In this document: one piece after another, positions 1 to 11,400 of the stretch
Numbering within the stretch: the first letter of the stretch is position 1
Layout of the letters: every line of letters starts with the position of its first letter
Origin: Planctomycetota bacterium
GTDB lineage: Bacteria; Planctomycetota; UBA1135; UBA2386
Assembly (NCBI GenBank): GCA_046290465.1
Contig: JBKAGP010000001.1
Location: 1,568,001-1,632,000 of the forward strand
Reading direction: 5' to 3'
Length of the DNA: 64,000 nt
Program-made: the position numbers and the translations under genes
The notes under the pieces: generated by a model
What the model saw: the letters and a program-made list of their open reading frames with translations, nothing else
What the model was told of the DNA's origin: nothing
Database searches by the model: none

Positions 1-404
1 TGGAAGTTGTTCGGATCGCTCGGCGGGGCGTTGGGCGTCACCACCACCTCGACGCCGAGCAGCCGCAGCGCGCGTCGCTTCTCGACGGCCATCTTCTCGG
101 GCATCACGCAGACCACCCGGTAGCCGCGCGCGGCCCCCACCAACGCGAGCCCGATGCCGGTGTTGCCGGCGGTCGCTTCGACGATGGTCGCGTCGCCGGG
201 GCGCAGCAGGCCGCGCGATTCAGCGTCGTCGACGATCGCCCGGGCGACGCGGTCCTTGACGCTGCCGCCGGGATTGAGGTGCTCGCACTTGACCAGCACG
301 TCGACGCGGCAGCCGTGCTCGCGCGGCAGCTTGCGCAGCGCGACGAGCGGCGTGCCACCGATCCGATCGAGGAGGTCGCGGGATCGGGTGGACGTGTCGT
401 TCAT
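1..404 (-). CDS. cysteine synthase / cystathionine beta-synthase family PLP enzyme (N-terminal part, runs off window)
   Basis: Manual translation from ATG at 404: MNDTSTRSRDLLDRIGGTPLV...KCEHLNPGGSVKDR...EATAGNTGIGLA; PLP-lysine SVKDR motif. Confidence 0.93.
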   Translation of the reverse strand, partial: MNDTSTRSRDLLDRIGGTPLVALRKLPREHGCRVDVLVKCEHLNPGGSVKDRVARAIVDDAESRGLLRPGDATIVEATAGNTGIGLALVGAARGYRVVCVMPEKMAVEKRRALRLLGVEVVVTPNAPPSDPNNF

Positions 405-549
405 GGTCGGCGGGTGGTCGGCGGGCGGTGTCGCACCGGGGCGACGGCGCGGAGCGAGATCCTCGGCGGTGCCGCTGCAGAAGTCCACGAACGCGCCGCG
501 AGCGGCCCGGCCGTGTCGGCGGTGCGCGGTTGCCGCTACGTTGGCACGG

Positions 550-1338
550 GTGCAGATCGCGCACATCGAGGACTGGGCCGCCGCCTACGTGGAGTCGACG
601 GCCCTCGCGTACAAGCTCGCGCCGCCGCCGCCACCGGCGACGTTCGGCAGCGGGCCGGGCGAGGCGCGCCGCATCGCGGCGCCGGGTCGGCCGGGCGAGC
701 TCGACCTGGTCTCTCGCGCCGGCCGCTCCGCGACGCGGGCGCAGCTGGCCAACCCGCGCCGGCGCGCGCAGCTGGTGCACGCGTTCTGGCACCACGAACT
801 GCAGGCCGCCGAGCTGATGTGCTGGGCAATGCTCGCGTTCCCCGACACGCCCGAGCCGTTCCGTCGCGGCCTGCTCGGCATCTGCCTGGACGAGATCCGC
901 CACATGGGCCTCTACCGCGACCACCTGCAGCGGCTCGGCTTCGCGCTCGGCGACTTCCCGGTGCGCGACTGGTTCTGGCAGCGGGTCCCCCACTGCGAGA
1001 CGCCGCTGCAGTTCGTGGCGCTGATGGGCATCGGCCTCGAGGGCGGCAACCTGGACCACACCCAGCGGTTCGAGCAGTGGTTCGACGAGGTCGGCGATCG
1101 GCACGGAGCCGAGCTGCAGCGCATCGTCGGCGACGAGGAGGTCGCGCACGTGCGGTTCGCGATGAAGTGGTTCGCAGCGTGGAGCGACGGCGTCGCGTTC
1201 GACGGTTGGCGCGAGCAGCTGATCGCGCCGCTGACGCCGACGATGATGAAGGGCGCGAGCCTCGACACCGCGCGTCGGCGGCAGGCGGGCTTCTCCGACG
1301 ACTTCCTGGCCGCGCTGCGCGAGTGGCACCGGCCGTGA
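550..1338 (+). CDS. ferritin-like di-iron protein, DUF455 family
   Basis: HAFWHHELQAAEL, DEIRH, LEGGNLD, DEEVAHVRF (paired ExxH helices); GTG start at 550 inferred. Confidence 0.8.
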   Translation: MQIAHIEDWAAAYVESTALAYKLAPPPPPATFGSGPGEARRIAAPGRPGELDLVSRAGRSATRAQLANPRRRAQLVHAFWHHELQAAELMCWAMLAFPDTPEPFRRGLLGICLDEIRHMGLYRDHLQRLGFALGDFPVRDWFWQRVPHCETPLQFVALMGIGLEGGNLDHTQRFEQWFDEVGDRHGAELQRIVGDEEVAHVRFAMKWFAAWSDGVAFDGWREQLIAPLTPTMMKGASLDTARRRQAGFSDDFLAALREWHRP

Positions 1339-2228
1339 CGACCGTCGGCTGGATCTGCAACCTCGACGCGGACCTGGAGCTGGCCGACCCCGACGGTTTC
1401 GCGCCGAGCGCGCGCCTGCGACAGCAGGTCGACGCGATGGCCGAACGGCTGCTGGCGACGGCGCGGGCGGCGTGCCCGCGCGTGCAGCACGTCCGGATCG
1501 ACGACGGCGGTGCGCCGACGGTCTGCCAGGCCTGGTGCGCGACGCCGCGCGCGCGCGCGCAGGCCACCCGGCACGGCGTGGCGCTGCCGGCCGCACCGGC
1601 CCTGGCCGTGCTGCAGCGCGTCAACCACCGGTCGTTCGCCGCGGGCTTCGGCCTCGGCCTGCCCCACGCCGCGTTCGTCACGTCGCTGCCGCAGCTCGAA
1701 GCCATGCTGACGGCCTCGCACCCCGCGCGCGTCTGGCTGTGCAAGCGACCGTTCGGGTTCAGCGGCCGCGGCCACAAGCGCGTGGGTGGCGTGCTCGCGG
1801 GCGGGGACCGGCGCTGGGCCGAGGCGTCGATGACCGCGTACGGGCGCGGCCTGATGGTCGAACCGCTGGTCGCGGTCGAGGCGGAGTTCGCGCTGCACGC
1901 GTGGCTCGACGCGGACGGCACGTGCCTGACCGGCCGGCCGACCACGCTCGTCACCGACGAGCGCGGCGCGTGGCTGCGCAGCGAAGCGGCCACCGATCTG
2001 GTCGAGCAAGAACGCCAGCAGCTGGACGCGGCGCACGCGCTCGCCGCGGCGGAGCTGAGCGCGGCCGGCTACTTCGGGCCGTTCTCGATCGATGCGTTCC
2101 GCTACCGCGACGAGCGCGGCGAGCTGCGGTTCCACGCGCTGAGCGAACTCAACGCGCGCTACTCGATGGGGTTCTTCGTCGGCCTGGCAGAGCGGCTGGA
2201 AGAATGGCTGCTGCGGGTGCGCCGCTGA
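1335..2228 (+). CDS. ATP-grasp-like protein
   Basis: GTGA overlap with upstream gene; WLCKRPFGFSGRG, LMVEP, GYFGPFSIDAF, SELNARYSMG. Confidence 0.65.
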   Translation: MTTVGWICNLDADLELADPDGFAPSARLRQQVDAMAERLLATARAACPRVQHVRIDDGGAPTVCQAWCATPRARAQATRHGVALPAAPALAVLQRVNHRSFAAGFGLGLPHAAFVTSLPQLEAMLTASHPARVWLCKRPFGFSGRGHKRVGGVLAGGDRRWAEASMTAYGRGLMVEPLVAVEAEFALHAWLDADGTCLTGRPTTLVTDERGAWLRSEAATDLVEQERQQLDAAHALAAAELSAAGYFGPFSIDAFRYRDERGELRFHALSELNARYSMGFFVGLAERLEEWLLRVRR

Positions 2229-2237
2229 GGCGAGCGC

Positions 2238-4301
2238 TCAGAACAGCTTCACGGCCGACGGCCCGCCGACGAACGTCTCGGCCAACGTGACGGGATCGAG
2301 CCCGACGACCGCGTGGTGGTAGAGACCCGGCGGCAGCCCGTAGGCGCCGGCCGGCAGCTGGAACGTCGCGGTCGCGCGGCCGCTGCCGTCGGTGAACCCC
2401 AGCGTGTTGCCGTAGGCGGTCGTGTTGAACAGCGTGATCGTCGCGCTGGTGTAGGCGTCGAAGTTGAGCGGGATCGTCAGCGGGCCGAAGGCGGGCAGCA
2501 CCGTGCCGGGATAGCTGCCGCTGGTCGACCCGAGCACCGCGTAGAGCATGTTGGCGTTGGCCGCGCCGGCGTCGATCCGGAACGTGTGGGTGCCGCCGGC
2601 GCCGATCGGGACGAACGACGGCGTCGCGATCAGCGAGCCGCTGTGGCCCTTGACGATCGCGGCACCGGCGCCGCCGTCGATCGCCTGGTAGAACACGAAG
2701 TCGCCGCCGTTGTTGAACCAGTTCGGGCTGCCCGCGGAGCTGCTCCAGTTGCCTGCCGCGGCGATGCCGGCGGTGGCCGTGCCGGTGCCGAGGCTGGTCG
2801 TGTAGGTCTCGGTCTGGTCGCGCGCGACCCGCAGGCCGAGGTCCAGATCGTGGACCAGGAAGAACGCGACCGTCGCGACGCCGTCGCTGGCGGCGACGAC
2901 GCACATCATCTGGCCGCGCGAGTTCAGGTCCGCCGTGACCGTCGCGGATTCGCAGACCCACGGGCCGTTGGCCGACGCCGGGATCGCCGGAATCACCTGC
3001 CCATCGCGCACGACCAGCTGCAGGTTGCCGGGCGTGCCGTGGAACAGCGCGCCGTCGCTCGTCGGGGGCAGCGCGCCGCCGGCCGCGTCGCGCAGGATCG
3101 TGCTGAAGCCGATCGACCCGTCCTCGCCGGTGCTGAGCGAACCGGCGACGATCTCGCCGTACGTCTCGCCGCCCGGCAGGCCGGTCGGGTCGCCTTCCTG
3201 CAGGATCGGAGCCACCGCGCCGATGCCGCCGAAGAACACCACCCGGTCATTGGCGGACGTGATGCCCGGCCCGCTGACCCGCGACGCAAACGCCAGGTTC
3301 GCCGTGTTGGTGAAGCCGTTGCCGCCGGCACCGGGACTGCCGGAGTAGACGACGCCGGCAGCCAGGCCCGGCGCCTGGTCGCCCTTGCGCGCCACCACCG
3401 ACAGGCCGGCACCGGGCTGCCAGATCGCGAGCGCGACATCGTTGCTGCTGGTCACCGTCGGCCCGGCGAGCCGGACCTGCAGCAGGATCTGGCCGCTGTC
3501 GTTGATCTGCGTCAGGAAGGCCAGGTGCGGACCGTAGTGCGGCACGAACACTTCGCCGTTGCCCAGCCCCGCATCGTCGCCCTCCCGGATCACGATCTGC
3601 AGGCCGGATGGCGAACCGGTCAGCACGATCGTGTCGTTCGCGCCGGTGACGTTGCCGGTCAGCGTGCACGGCAGCGTGACGACGCCGCTGCGGTTGATCT
3701 TGTGGTTGGTGCGGTCGATCGCGAGCGGGCCGAACCGCACGCCGCTGGCGAGGCCGGGCACGGGATCGCCCTCGCGGGCGAGCAGCGTGACCATGCCCGG
3801 CGCGCCCCAGAACAGCGCGCTGTCGGCATCGGGTGGCGTCATCGTCGGGTCGATCGGGTCGTAGAGGCGGCTGCCGAAGTAGACCAGCCCGCCGTCCGGT
3901 GAGAGCACCGGATCGTCCTCGAGGCCAGCACCCGGCGACGGACCGTCGTACTGCAGCAGGATGTTGCTCGGCAGGCCGACGATCGCGTGCGGCGAACCCG
4001 ACTGCGCGACCAGCTGCATGTCGTCGGCGAGGTGGCCGAGGAAGAGCGCGTGGTCGTCGGGGCCCGACGGCGTCAGCCGCGCGCGCAGCAACACGCGCCC
4101 GTTCTGGTCGACGACGGGTGTGGACAGCCACTGCCCGACGCCGCCGTAGATCGTCTTGCCCGGAATGCCCGGAGCGGGATCGCCGGCGGCGAGCACGACC
4201 TCTCCGTGCAGGCTGCTGAGGCTCTGGGCGAAGCCGGTGGCGGCAGTGGCGGCGAACGCGACCATCGGGAGGATCGCGGCAAGAGGGCGGGCTCGGAGCA
4301 T
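2238..4301 (-). CDS. secreted repeat protein (NxxGxxAF-like tandem repeats) with C-terminal beta-sandwich
   Basis: Signal peptide MLRARPLAAILPMVAFAATAATGFAQ; repeated L(V/L)AREGDxAPG and INxSGQ motifs. Confidence 0.75.
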   Translation of the reverse strand: MLRARPLAAILPMVAFAATAATGFAQSLSSLHGEVVLAAGDPAPGIPGKTIYGGVGQWLSTPVVDQNGRVLLRARLTPSGPDDHALFLGHLADDMQLVAQSGSPHAIVGLPSNILLQYDGPSPGAGLEDDPVLSPDGGLVYFGSRLYDPIDPTMTPPDADSALFWGAPGMVTLLAREGDPVPGLASGVRFGPLAIDRTNHKINRSGVVTLPCTLTGNVTGANDTIVLTGSPSGLQIVIREGDDAGLGNGEVFVPHYGPHLAFLTQINDSGQILLQVRLAGPTVTSSNDVALAIWQPGAGLSVVARKGDQAPGLAAGVVYSGSPGAGGNGFTNTANLAFASRVSGPGITSANDRVVFFGGIGAVAPILQEGDPTGLPGGETYGEIVAGSLSTGEDGSIGFSTILRDAAGGALPPTSDGALFHGTPGNLQLVVRDGQVIPAIPASANGPWVCESATVTADLNSRGQMMCVVAASDGVATVAFFLVHDLDLGLRVARDQTETYTTSLGTGTATAGIAAAGNWSSSAGSPNWFNNGGDFVFYQAIDGGAGAAIVKGHSGSLIATPSFVPIGAGGTHTFRIDAGAANANMLYAVLGSTSGSYPGTVLPAFGPLTIPLNFDAYTSATITLFNTTAYGNTLGFTDGSGRATATFQLPAGAYGLPPGLYHHAVVGLDPVTLAETFVGGPSAVKLF

Positions 4302-4483
4302 CGGGGTTCCCGTTTCGGGTGTGGCGCTGCCGGGCGACGGCCCGCGGGGTTGCACGCGGGGGCAGCGCAATGAGGGTCGGCAGGAGCTAGTCGCGCCACC
4401 CCGACGGGCAACCGGTTCTCGAGAAGCCGCCGCACGCCGACGATGGCGGCGGCCGTGCTGGCCCCCCGCCGGCCCGCCGCCTG

Positions 4484-5857
4484 CTAGTCTTTGGCAAACG
4501 TGGCGACGACGTCGTCGAACGAACACACCGGCCCGCCGCGCATCCCGAACGCCTGCAGCACCACGCCGTCGGCGGCCACCACGACGTAGCTCGGAAACCC
4601 GGTCACCCCGAACCGTTGCTGCCAGTCGACGGTGGCGTGCACGACCGGATAGGTGCCGCCGCGTTCGCGCACCGCAGCGAGCGTCGGCCCGCGGTCGGCC
4701 GCGGGCCCCGCGACGATCGCCAGCACCGCGACCTCGGGATGCTGCCGCTGGAACGCCTGCAGCTTCGGCACGGCGGCCTGGCACGGCCCGCAATGACGCT
4801 GCACGAAGTCCAGCAGCAGCGGCCGGCCCCGCAGCGTCGCGGCGTCGAGCGGGCGGCCGGTGGCGACGTCGACCAGCGTGGCGGGATCGAAGCGCAGCGC
4901 CGATGGCAGCAGCGGCGCGGGTCGGCGCGCGACGGCCAGCTCGAACCGGCGGGCGCCCGTGCGGCCGCCGCACGACGTGTAGAGCGGCCGCAGCGCGGCG
5001 GCGGGCAGGCTGCCCTCGGTCGTCGACAGCAGGCCGAGGTCGAGCACGGCCAGCGCCGCATCGGGACGCTCGGCGGCGGCGTGGGCGCGGGCCAGCCGCG
5101 CGACCAACGACGCGAAGCCGCTCGGCGGGTCCCCGGGGATCGCCAGCGACGACAGCTCGGCGTGGGCTCGATGCAGGCGTCCGTCGCGGATGCCGCGCTC
5201 GACGTCGACCAGCCGCGAGAACCGCCGCAGCAGCGCGACGATCGCCGGCACGCGACGCGACAGCGAACGGCCTTCGGCGTCGGCCTGCCGCTGCCACGCG
5301 GCGACGGCATCCGGCAGGCGACCGATCGCGGCCTGCAACCGTTGCAGCTGCTCCGCCGGGACCCGCTCGAGCAGTTCGCAGCGGGCGACGCCGTTGACGA
5401 AGGAGGGGTAGTGCAGCAGCGCCGACGCGCCCGCTTCGCGTCCTGCGACGGCGGCTTCGAGGTCGGCGAGCAGCGCCGGCAGCACCCGTTCGAGGTGCGT
5501 GTGTTCGGTCAGGGCAGCGCTCGGCTCCCCGTCGGCGACCAGCATCGGCGACCACGACCAGACGTAGGGCGAGAACGACGCGATGCGGCTGTCGGGCGGC
5601 ACCTCGGCGCCGACCTGCTCCGCATAGGCAGCCTCGGCTTCGACCAGCCAGCGGTAGCGGGCTTCGTCGGACGCCCCGGCGATCGGCCGCGCCTTGCGGT
5701 GTTCGAACAAGAACCGCTGCTGCTGGCCGGAGCGATCGGACAGCTGTTGGCGCGCGGCCTCTGCGGTTGGGGACGGATCCTGGGCGGCGGCGGGAGCGAG
5801 GCTGCAGGTGGCGGCGAACATGGCCGCGGCGAGGCAGGTGGATGAGGAGATGTGCAT
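4484..5857 (-). CDS. exported TlpA/thioredoxin-like protein
   Basis: Signal peptide; C-terminal LRGRPLLLDFVQRHCGPCQ (CxxC) and FGVTGFPSYVVV (cis-Pro loop). Confidence 0.8.
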   Translation of the reverse strand: MHISSSTCLAAAMFAATCSLAPAAAQDPSPTAEAARQQLSDRSGQQQRFLFEHRKARPIAGASDEARYRWLVEAEAAYAEQVGAEVPPDSRIASFSPYVWSWSPMLVADGEPSAALTEHTHLERVLPALLADLEAAVAGREAGASALLHYPSFVNGVARCELLERVPAEQLQRLQAAIGRLPDAVAAWQRQADAEGRSLSRRVPAIVALLRRFSRLVDVERGIRDGRLHRAHAELSSLAIPGDPPSGFASLVARLARAHAAAERPDAALAVLDLGLLSTTEGSLPAAALRPLYTSCGGRTGARRFELAVARRPAPLLPSALRFDPATLVDVATGRPLDAATLRGRPLLLDFVQRHCGPCQAAVPKLQAFQRQHPEVAVLAIVAGPAADRGPTLAAVRERGGTYPVVHATVDWQQRFGVTGFPSYVVVAADGVVLQAFGMRGGPVCSFDDVVATFAKD

Positions 5858-6206
5858 CATGTGGCGAGCAGCGGAGGGCCCGGGAGGTTCGAGGCGGACG
5901 GTTCGGGCGGTTCAGGCGGTTTGGTTCGGGCGAGTGCCGTTCGGGCCGTGCCGTTCCCGCCGTGCCGTTGGATCGGGTCCCCATGGAGTTCCCGCGGCCC
6001 ATCGGAACGCGAACGGGATCTGCCAGAACGGTCCCTGCCGCACGAGACGTCGCCGCCACCCCGATCCGTCGCGGATTCTCGCGCGCGCCGCCTTGCGAAC
6101 GTCCTCGCACGGACCGGGCGAGCCTCTAGGCTTGCTCGCGGTGCCGGGCCTGCGCCCGCCCCCACCCCTTTGCCGCGAGGCTCCACGCCAACCGACGTCC
6201 CAAGAG

Positions 6207-6572
6207 ATGGCCCTGCCCACCGACGACACGATCCTGCTGCTCCACAACCCCAGGTGCTCCAAGAGCCGCGCGACGCTGGCGCTGCTCGAGCAGCACGGCG
6301 CGACCTTCGCGGTGCGCCGCTACCTCGACGAGCCGCTCGACGAGCGCGAACTGCGGGATCTCGGCCGGCGCCTCGGCAGGTCGGCGGTCGCGTTCACCCG
6401 CACCGGGCAGGACGAGTTCGCCGCGGCCGGGCTGACCGCCGACGCGAGCGACGACGAGATCTTCGCCGCGATGGCCGAGCAGCCGATCCTGATGGAGCGA
6501 CCGGTGGTCGTGCGCGGCGCGCGCGCGCGCATCGGCCGGCCGCCCGAAGACGTGCTGGCGTTGCTCGACTGA
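6207..6572 (+). CDS. arsC: ArsC/Spx family arsenate reductase
   Basis: HNPRCSKSR and LMERPVV...ARIGRPPE motifs. Confidence 0.85.
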   Translation: MALPTDDTILLLHNPRCSKSRATLALLEQHGATFAVRRYLDEPLDERELRDLGRRLGRSAVAFTRTGQDEFAAAGLTADASDDEIFAAMAEQPILMERPVVVRGARARIGRPPEDVLALLD

Positions 6573-6716
6573 CGCGGTGTTTGCGGCTGAGCGGCCATCC
6601 GTGCCGATTCGTCGGACGTTCTCACCGGCCGGAACGGCCGTTCGAGCTGCGGCAACGTTCCCGCCCCGGCGGGGCTTTCGAGGTCGCACCGCGCGGACTA
6701 CCCTCCGCGCACCTAC

Positions 6717-7781
6717 ATGAATACGACCCCTTTCCTTCTTCTCGCTACCCTTCTGACCACGCCCCTGCTCGCGCAGGGCGAGACGGTCCTGCCCGTCAGC
6801 CTCGACAAGTTCTGGGGCCAGGGCAGCTCCAGCGTGCTCGGCCAGGACAGCTCGCGCACGCAGCTGATCAGCGCCATGCCGGTGGCGCCCGGCACCACCA
6901 TCACCGGCCTCGGCCTGCGCCCGACGGCGTCGACCAGCGACCGCGCCAGCTTCACGGCCGACATCGAGATCCGCCTGTCCAGCGGTCCGAACGCGCCGGG
7001 TTCGCTCGACGCGACGTTCGCCAACAACATCGGCAACGACGAGGTCGTCGTGCTGCCGCAGCAAACGATCACCGTGCCGGCGATGCCGGCCAACCGCAGC
7101 ACCGGCTTCTACGTCGACATCCCGTTCACGACGCCGTTCGTGTTCGGCACCAACGGCAACACCAACCTCGTCGTCGAGGTGCTGGTGTTCTCGCGTTCGG
7201 CCGGCGCCTCGTGGAGCACCGACCGCGTCTTCGCCGGAGCCTCGGGCCGCGCCGGCACGGCCGGTATCGGCTGCGGCTCGGCGACGATCGGCTCGAGCTC
7301 GACCAACGCCAGCGGTTCGACCTACGTCGCCGGTGAGACCGTCGACGTCACCATCAGCGGCGGCACGCCGAACAGCGCCGCGCTGCTGGTGCCCTCGCTC
7401 GACATGAAGGAGCTCGTGCCCGGCCTGCTGCTGCCGTTCGACCTGTCGATGGTCGGCGCCGGCCCCGGCTGCGACCTGCTCGTCGCCGGCGAGATCGGCG
7501 CCGTCACCTACCTGACCGATGCGCTCGGCGACGCGGCGATGTCGCTGCCGCTGACCTCGGCCTTCACCGGCCAGAGCATCGGCTTCCAGTGGGTCTACCT
7601 GGTGCCGCCGAGCAGCACCAACCCGCTCGGCCTGGCGACGACGCCGAGCCGCGTCGTGACGATCGGCCCGCGCATCGCGGTCCCCGAGGTCCAGTACGTC
7701 TGGAACCTGTTCGACGTCAACGCGACGAGCGGCACGGCCACGACCGACTCGTGCCCGGTGCACAAGCTGTTCACGCTCTGA
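6717..7781 (+). CDS. secreted hypothetical protein with beta-sandwich domain
   Basis: Signal peptide ...TTPLLAQ; strong GC3 bias; GxGC...LPFDL...GCDLLV...FQW motif shared with other secreted proteins here. Confidence 0.75.
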   Translation: MNTTPFLLLATLLTTPLLAQGETVLPVSLDKFWGQGSSSVLGQDSSRTQLISAMPVAPGTTITGLGLRPTASTSDRASFTADIEIRLSSGPNAPGSLDATFANNIGNDEVVVLPQQTITVPAMPANRSTGFYVDIPFTTPFVFGTNGNTNLVVEVLVFSRSAGASWSTDRVFAGASGRAGTAGIGCGSATIGSSSTNASGSTYVAGETVDVTISGGTPNSAALLVPSLDMKELVPGLLLPFDLSMVGAGPGCDLLVAGEIGAVTYLTDALGDAAMSLPLTSAFTGQSIGFQWVYLVPPSSTNPLGLATTPSRVVTIGPRIAVPEVQYVWNLFDVNATSGTATTDSCPVHKLFTL

Positions 7782-7899
7782 TCCGCCGCAGCGCCGCGGC
7801 CGGCGCGGGTTCGGGAGGCATGCCCGACCCGCGCTGCTGCCGCACGGCGCGATCCGCGCGCGCCGCTGGGCGCGCGCCGCATCGCGAGCGCCCCGGCGC

Positions 7900-8325
7900 T
7901 CAGCGAACGACGCCGCCGACCACCGGCGCCAGCTGCAGCGGAGCCGCTCCGTCCTCGAGCGCCTGCAGCCACAGCTGCTGGTTCTGCACGTTGGGCGGCA
8001 GCGTCCAGGTGCCGCCCGCATCGCCGTGCTGGTCGGCGAGCAGCAGCGCCAGCGGGAACGCCGACGCGCCGAGCAGCACCGGCTGCTCGATCACCGGAAC
8101 GGTCAGCCCCTGCAGCGAGAACGCCGCGAACACGACGATCGCGCGATTGGGCTCGCCCCGGAACGACAGCGAGAACGGTGCGTTCGCAACCAGCGGTGCG
8201 CTCCGGGTCGCGGCGAACACCGGACCGTTCGGCGGCGTCGGCAGCGCACAGCCGTTCGGCGTCAGCGTGCAGCGCCCAAGCCGGCCCGCGACGAGCCGGT
8301 CGCCTTCGATTCGGTCCGTGACCAA
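7900..8325 (-). CDS. stand-alone or truncated C-terminal beta-sandwich domain protein
   Basis: PNGC...APLVANAPFSLSF...LWLQAL; no signal peptide; start uncertain (TTG 8325), may be a remnant. Confidence 0.5.
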   Translation of the reverse strand: MVTDRIEGDRLVAGRLGRCTLTPNGCALPTPPNGPVFAATRSAPLVANAPFSLSFRGEPNRAIVVFAAFSLQGLTVPVIEQPVLLGASAFPLALLLADQHGDAGGTWTLPPNVQNQQLWLQALEDGAAPLQLAPVVGGVVR

Positions 8326-8409
8326 TCCGCGTCCACCGGGGCGGCTGCGGTGACCAGCGAACGCCCACGAATCGGCGCGCGATGCGCTGCTTGCCCGGGT
8401 GACGCGCCA

Positions 8410-8425
8410 AGGCATGAGCATTGCA
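8410..8425 (+). promoter_or_regulatory. sigma54 (-24/-12) promoter motif
   Basis: AGGCATGAGCATTGCA = GG-N10-GC, ending 16 nt before ATG 8442. Confidence 0.6.
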
Positions 8426-8441
8426 AGGGGCGGGCAACGCG

Positions 8442-11400
8442 ATGTGCCACCAACGCCGCTCCCTCCCCTTCCTGCTGCTCTCGCTGCTGGCAGCCGCCGC
8501 AACCGAACTGCGCGCCCAGTCTCCAGACGCTGCCGCGTCCCCGCCCGAGATCGTCGTCGTCGGTCGCGACGGCGCGGTCGGCTACATGAGCCGCTTCGCC
8601 GACGCGGCCGGCATCCGCCTGCGTTCGCTGTCCGTCGATGCGCCACCGAAGCCCGAGCAGACCGCGCGTGCTCCCGACGTCGTCGTGTTCCTGTGGGGCG
8701 ACCGGCGCGGCCGTGGCCGCAGCCAGCTCGACGACAGCGATGCCCTGCAGACGTCGTGGCGCCACCTGCTCGGGTCGATGCAGGAACGCAGACCGGACCT
8801 GACCATCGTGTGCGCACCGGGAGCGGCGCAAACGGTCGCGTCGTGGCTGCCGCAGGGCACGACCGCCACGACCGATGCCGTCCTCGACGACTACCTGCAG
8901 GTCGGCATCGACCGTTCCAACCTCCGCCGGCTGGTCTCCTACCTCGCCGTGACCCACGCCGGCCTCGCCGGCACGGTCGAACCTCCGGATCGCGACGTCG
9001 CCACCGTCGGCATCTACCACCCCGAGCACGATGGCCTGTTCGCCAGTGTGCAGGACTTCCTCGACTGGACGCGCGTGCGCGGCCGTGACCCGGACGATCC
9101 TCGCCGGATCGTCGTGCGCGCCACGTCGACGCACTTCGTGGTGCGCAACCGGGACCTGTGCGAGCAGCTGATCGCCGCCTGCGACCGCCTCGGCATGCTG
9201 GCGTTCGTCTACATCGAGCGGCGCCGCGGCAGCGAGTTCGGACCGATCGCCGAGGCCTTCCGTCCCAGGGTCCTGCTCGACACCCGGCACCGCGGCCAGG
9301 ACGTCGACACCCTGGCATCGATCGGCGCGCCGACCCTGCAGTGCAGCACGCTCGCCCGGAGCACGATCGAGGCGTGGCGCACGACCAAGATGTCCGCACG
9401 CCACCTGATGGGGCTGACGACCGGCGAGTCCAGCGGATGGATCGAGCCGCACGTCGTCGCCGGCCGTCGCGACACCGGACGGGACCTCGCCGCCGAGTTC
9501 GCCGCGATCCCCGAACGGGTCGAACGCGTGGTCGCCCGCGCTGCCCGCTGGATCGCGCTCGCGACCGAGCCGGTACGGGATCGCAGGGTCGCGATGTTCG
9601 TCGGCGGCATGGGCGGCGGAACGGCCGACAACCAGCAGCTCGCGATGCCCGCGAGCATCCACGCCGTGCTCACCGCGATGCGCGACCACGGCTACGCGAT
9701 CGAGAACCTGCCCGCCGACGCCGACCGACTGTATGCAGCGTGGTCGGCCCAGCTCGTCGACGCCGATGATCCTGCAGCGCTCGATCGGCTGGCGCGGACG
9801 GGCAACGCCGCGCTCGTGCCGGTGCGGGACTACCTGCGCTGGTACGAACACCTGGTGCCCGCGCATCGACGCGCGCAGCTCGAGCGGCGGCACGGTGCCG
9901 CGCCGGGGACCTGGCGGGTCTGGCGCGACGACGACGGCGCGTCGTATTTCGTCATGCCGCGGCTGCCGCTCGGCAACGTCGCGCTGGTCGGCTCCGGCGG
10001 CCTGCCACCGGACGAGGCGAAGGACTTCGTCGCGATCCGGCGGCGCATCGACGACGACCTGCCGCTGACCCCGTCGCACAACCAGCTGGCGCTGGCCTTC
10101 TGGCTCGAGCACGCCGACGGCTGCGACGCAGCGGTGCACTGGGGTTCGTTCCAGTTCGATCTGCTGCTGCCCGAGAAGCCGATCGGGCTCGATCGCGACG
10201 ACTGGCCCGACATCCTCACCGGCACCCTGCCGAACATCCGGCCGTTCAGCATGACCGCGACCACGTTCGCCGCGCCGGCGCGGCGCCGCACGTTCGCCGT
10301 GCTCGTCAACCACCTGACCGCCCCGGTCGATACGGCCGGCCTGCACGACGAACTGCTCGACCTGTCGAGCGACCTGCACAAGTGGGCTGAGCTGCCCGAC
10401 GGCAGCCTGCGCGAGCACTTCCGCGAGTCGATCCAGCAGCGCGCGATCGCTGCCGACCTGCACGTCGACCTGCGCACGCTCGCCGGCGACGACGAGGCCT
10501 TTGGCGAGGCACCGTGGCGCGACGGGGAGCTGGACGCGCTGGCGCGCCACCTGGCACGGATCGAAGCGGAGCAGATCACGACGACATCGCACACCTTCGG
10601 ACGCGAACCGCGCGTCGAACACCTGCTGACGCAGATGACGGCGACGGCCGGCCGGCCGACGTGGCAGGCGATCGACAAACTGTTCGACCGCGGCGAGGCG
10701 ACGTTGCCTGGCGACGCCGACCGACGCGCACGTGAGCGCACCCGCGCAGTGCTGACCGCGATCGAACGCCACCGGCTCACGCCCGAGCAGGCGCTGGTGG
10801 CCACGGGCGCCACGTTGCCAGGGGCAGGTCTCGACGACGACCTGAGCCGCGACTTCGGGATGCTCGCGCGCCTGCGCGACGGCTACCGACGGACCGGTGA
10901 CGAGATCGGCAATCTGCTGGCAGCTCTCGACGGGCGCTTCGTTCCGCCCGGCCCGGTCGGCCCTCCGGAACGCAACCCGCTGGCCGTCCCGTCGGGCCGC
11001 AACACCTGCTTTGCCAACCCCGAGGAGTTGCCGACGCGAGCGTCGTGGCAGCTGGCGACCCGGCTCTGCGACGACATGCTCGCCGAGCGCCGCGCACGAC
11101 ACGGCGGTCGCTGGCCGAGGAAGGTCGCGCTGGTGGTCACCCCGCGTCGGTCCCTCGCCGACTTCGGCGTCAGCGAAGCCCAGGCGTTCTGGCTGATCGG
11201 TGTGCGGCCGGTGTGGTCGCGCGGTCGCGTCGCGGACTTCGAGGTGATCCCAGCGGCCGAGCTCGGTCGCCCCCGCATCGACGTCCTGCTCGAGTCCAAG
11301 CATCACTACAACGACTACCTCGAGACCCGTGCCGAGTTGATCGACCGCGCGGTGCGCACGGTTTGTGAACTCGACGAGCCCGACAACTTCGTGCGCTCCA

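Noticed and set aside
5885..5972. Short ggttcgggc / gccgtgccgtt repeats
   Set aside because: Degenerate low-complexity intergenic sequence with no supportable function
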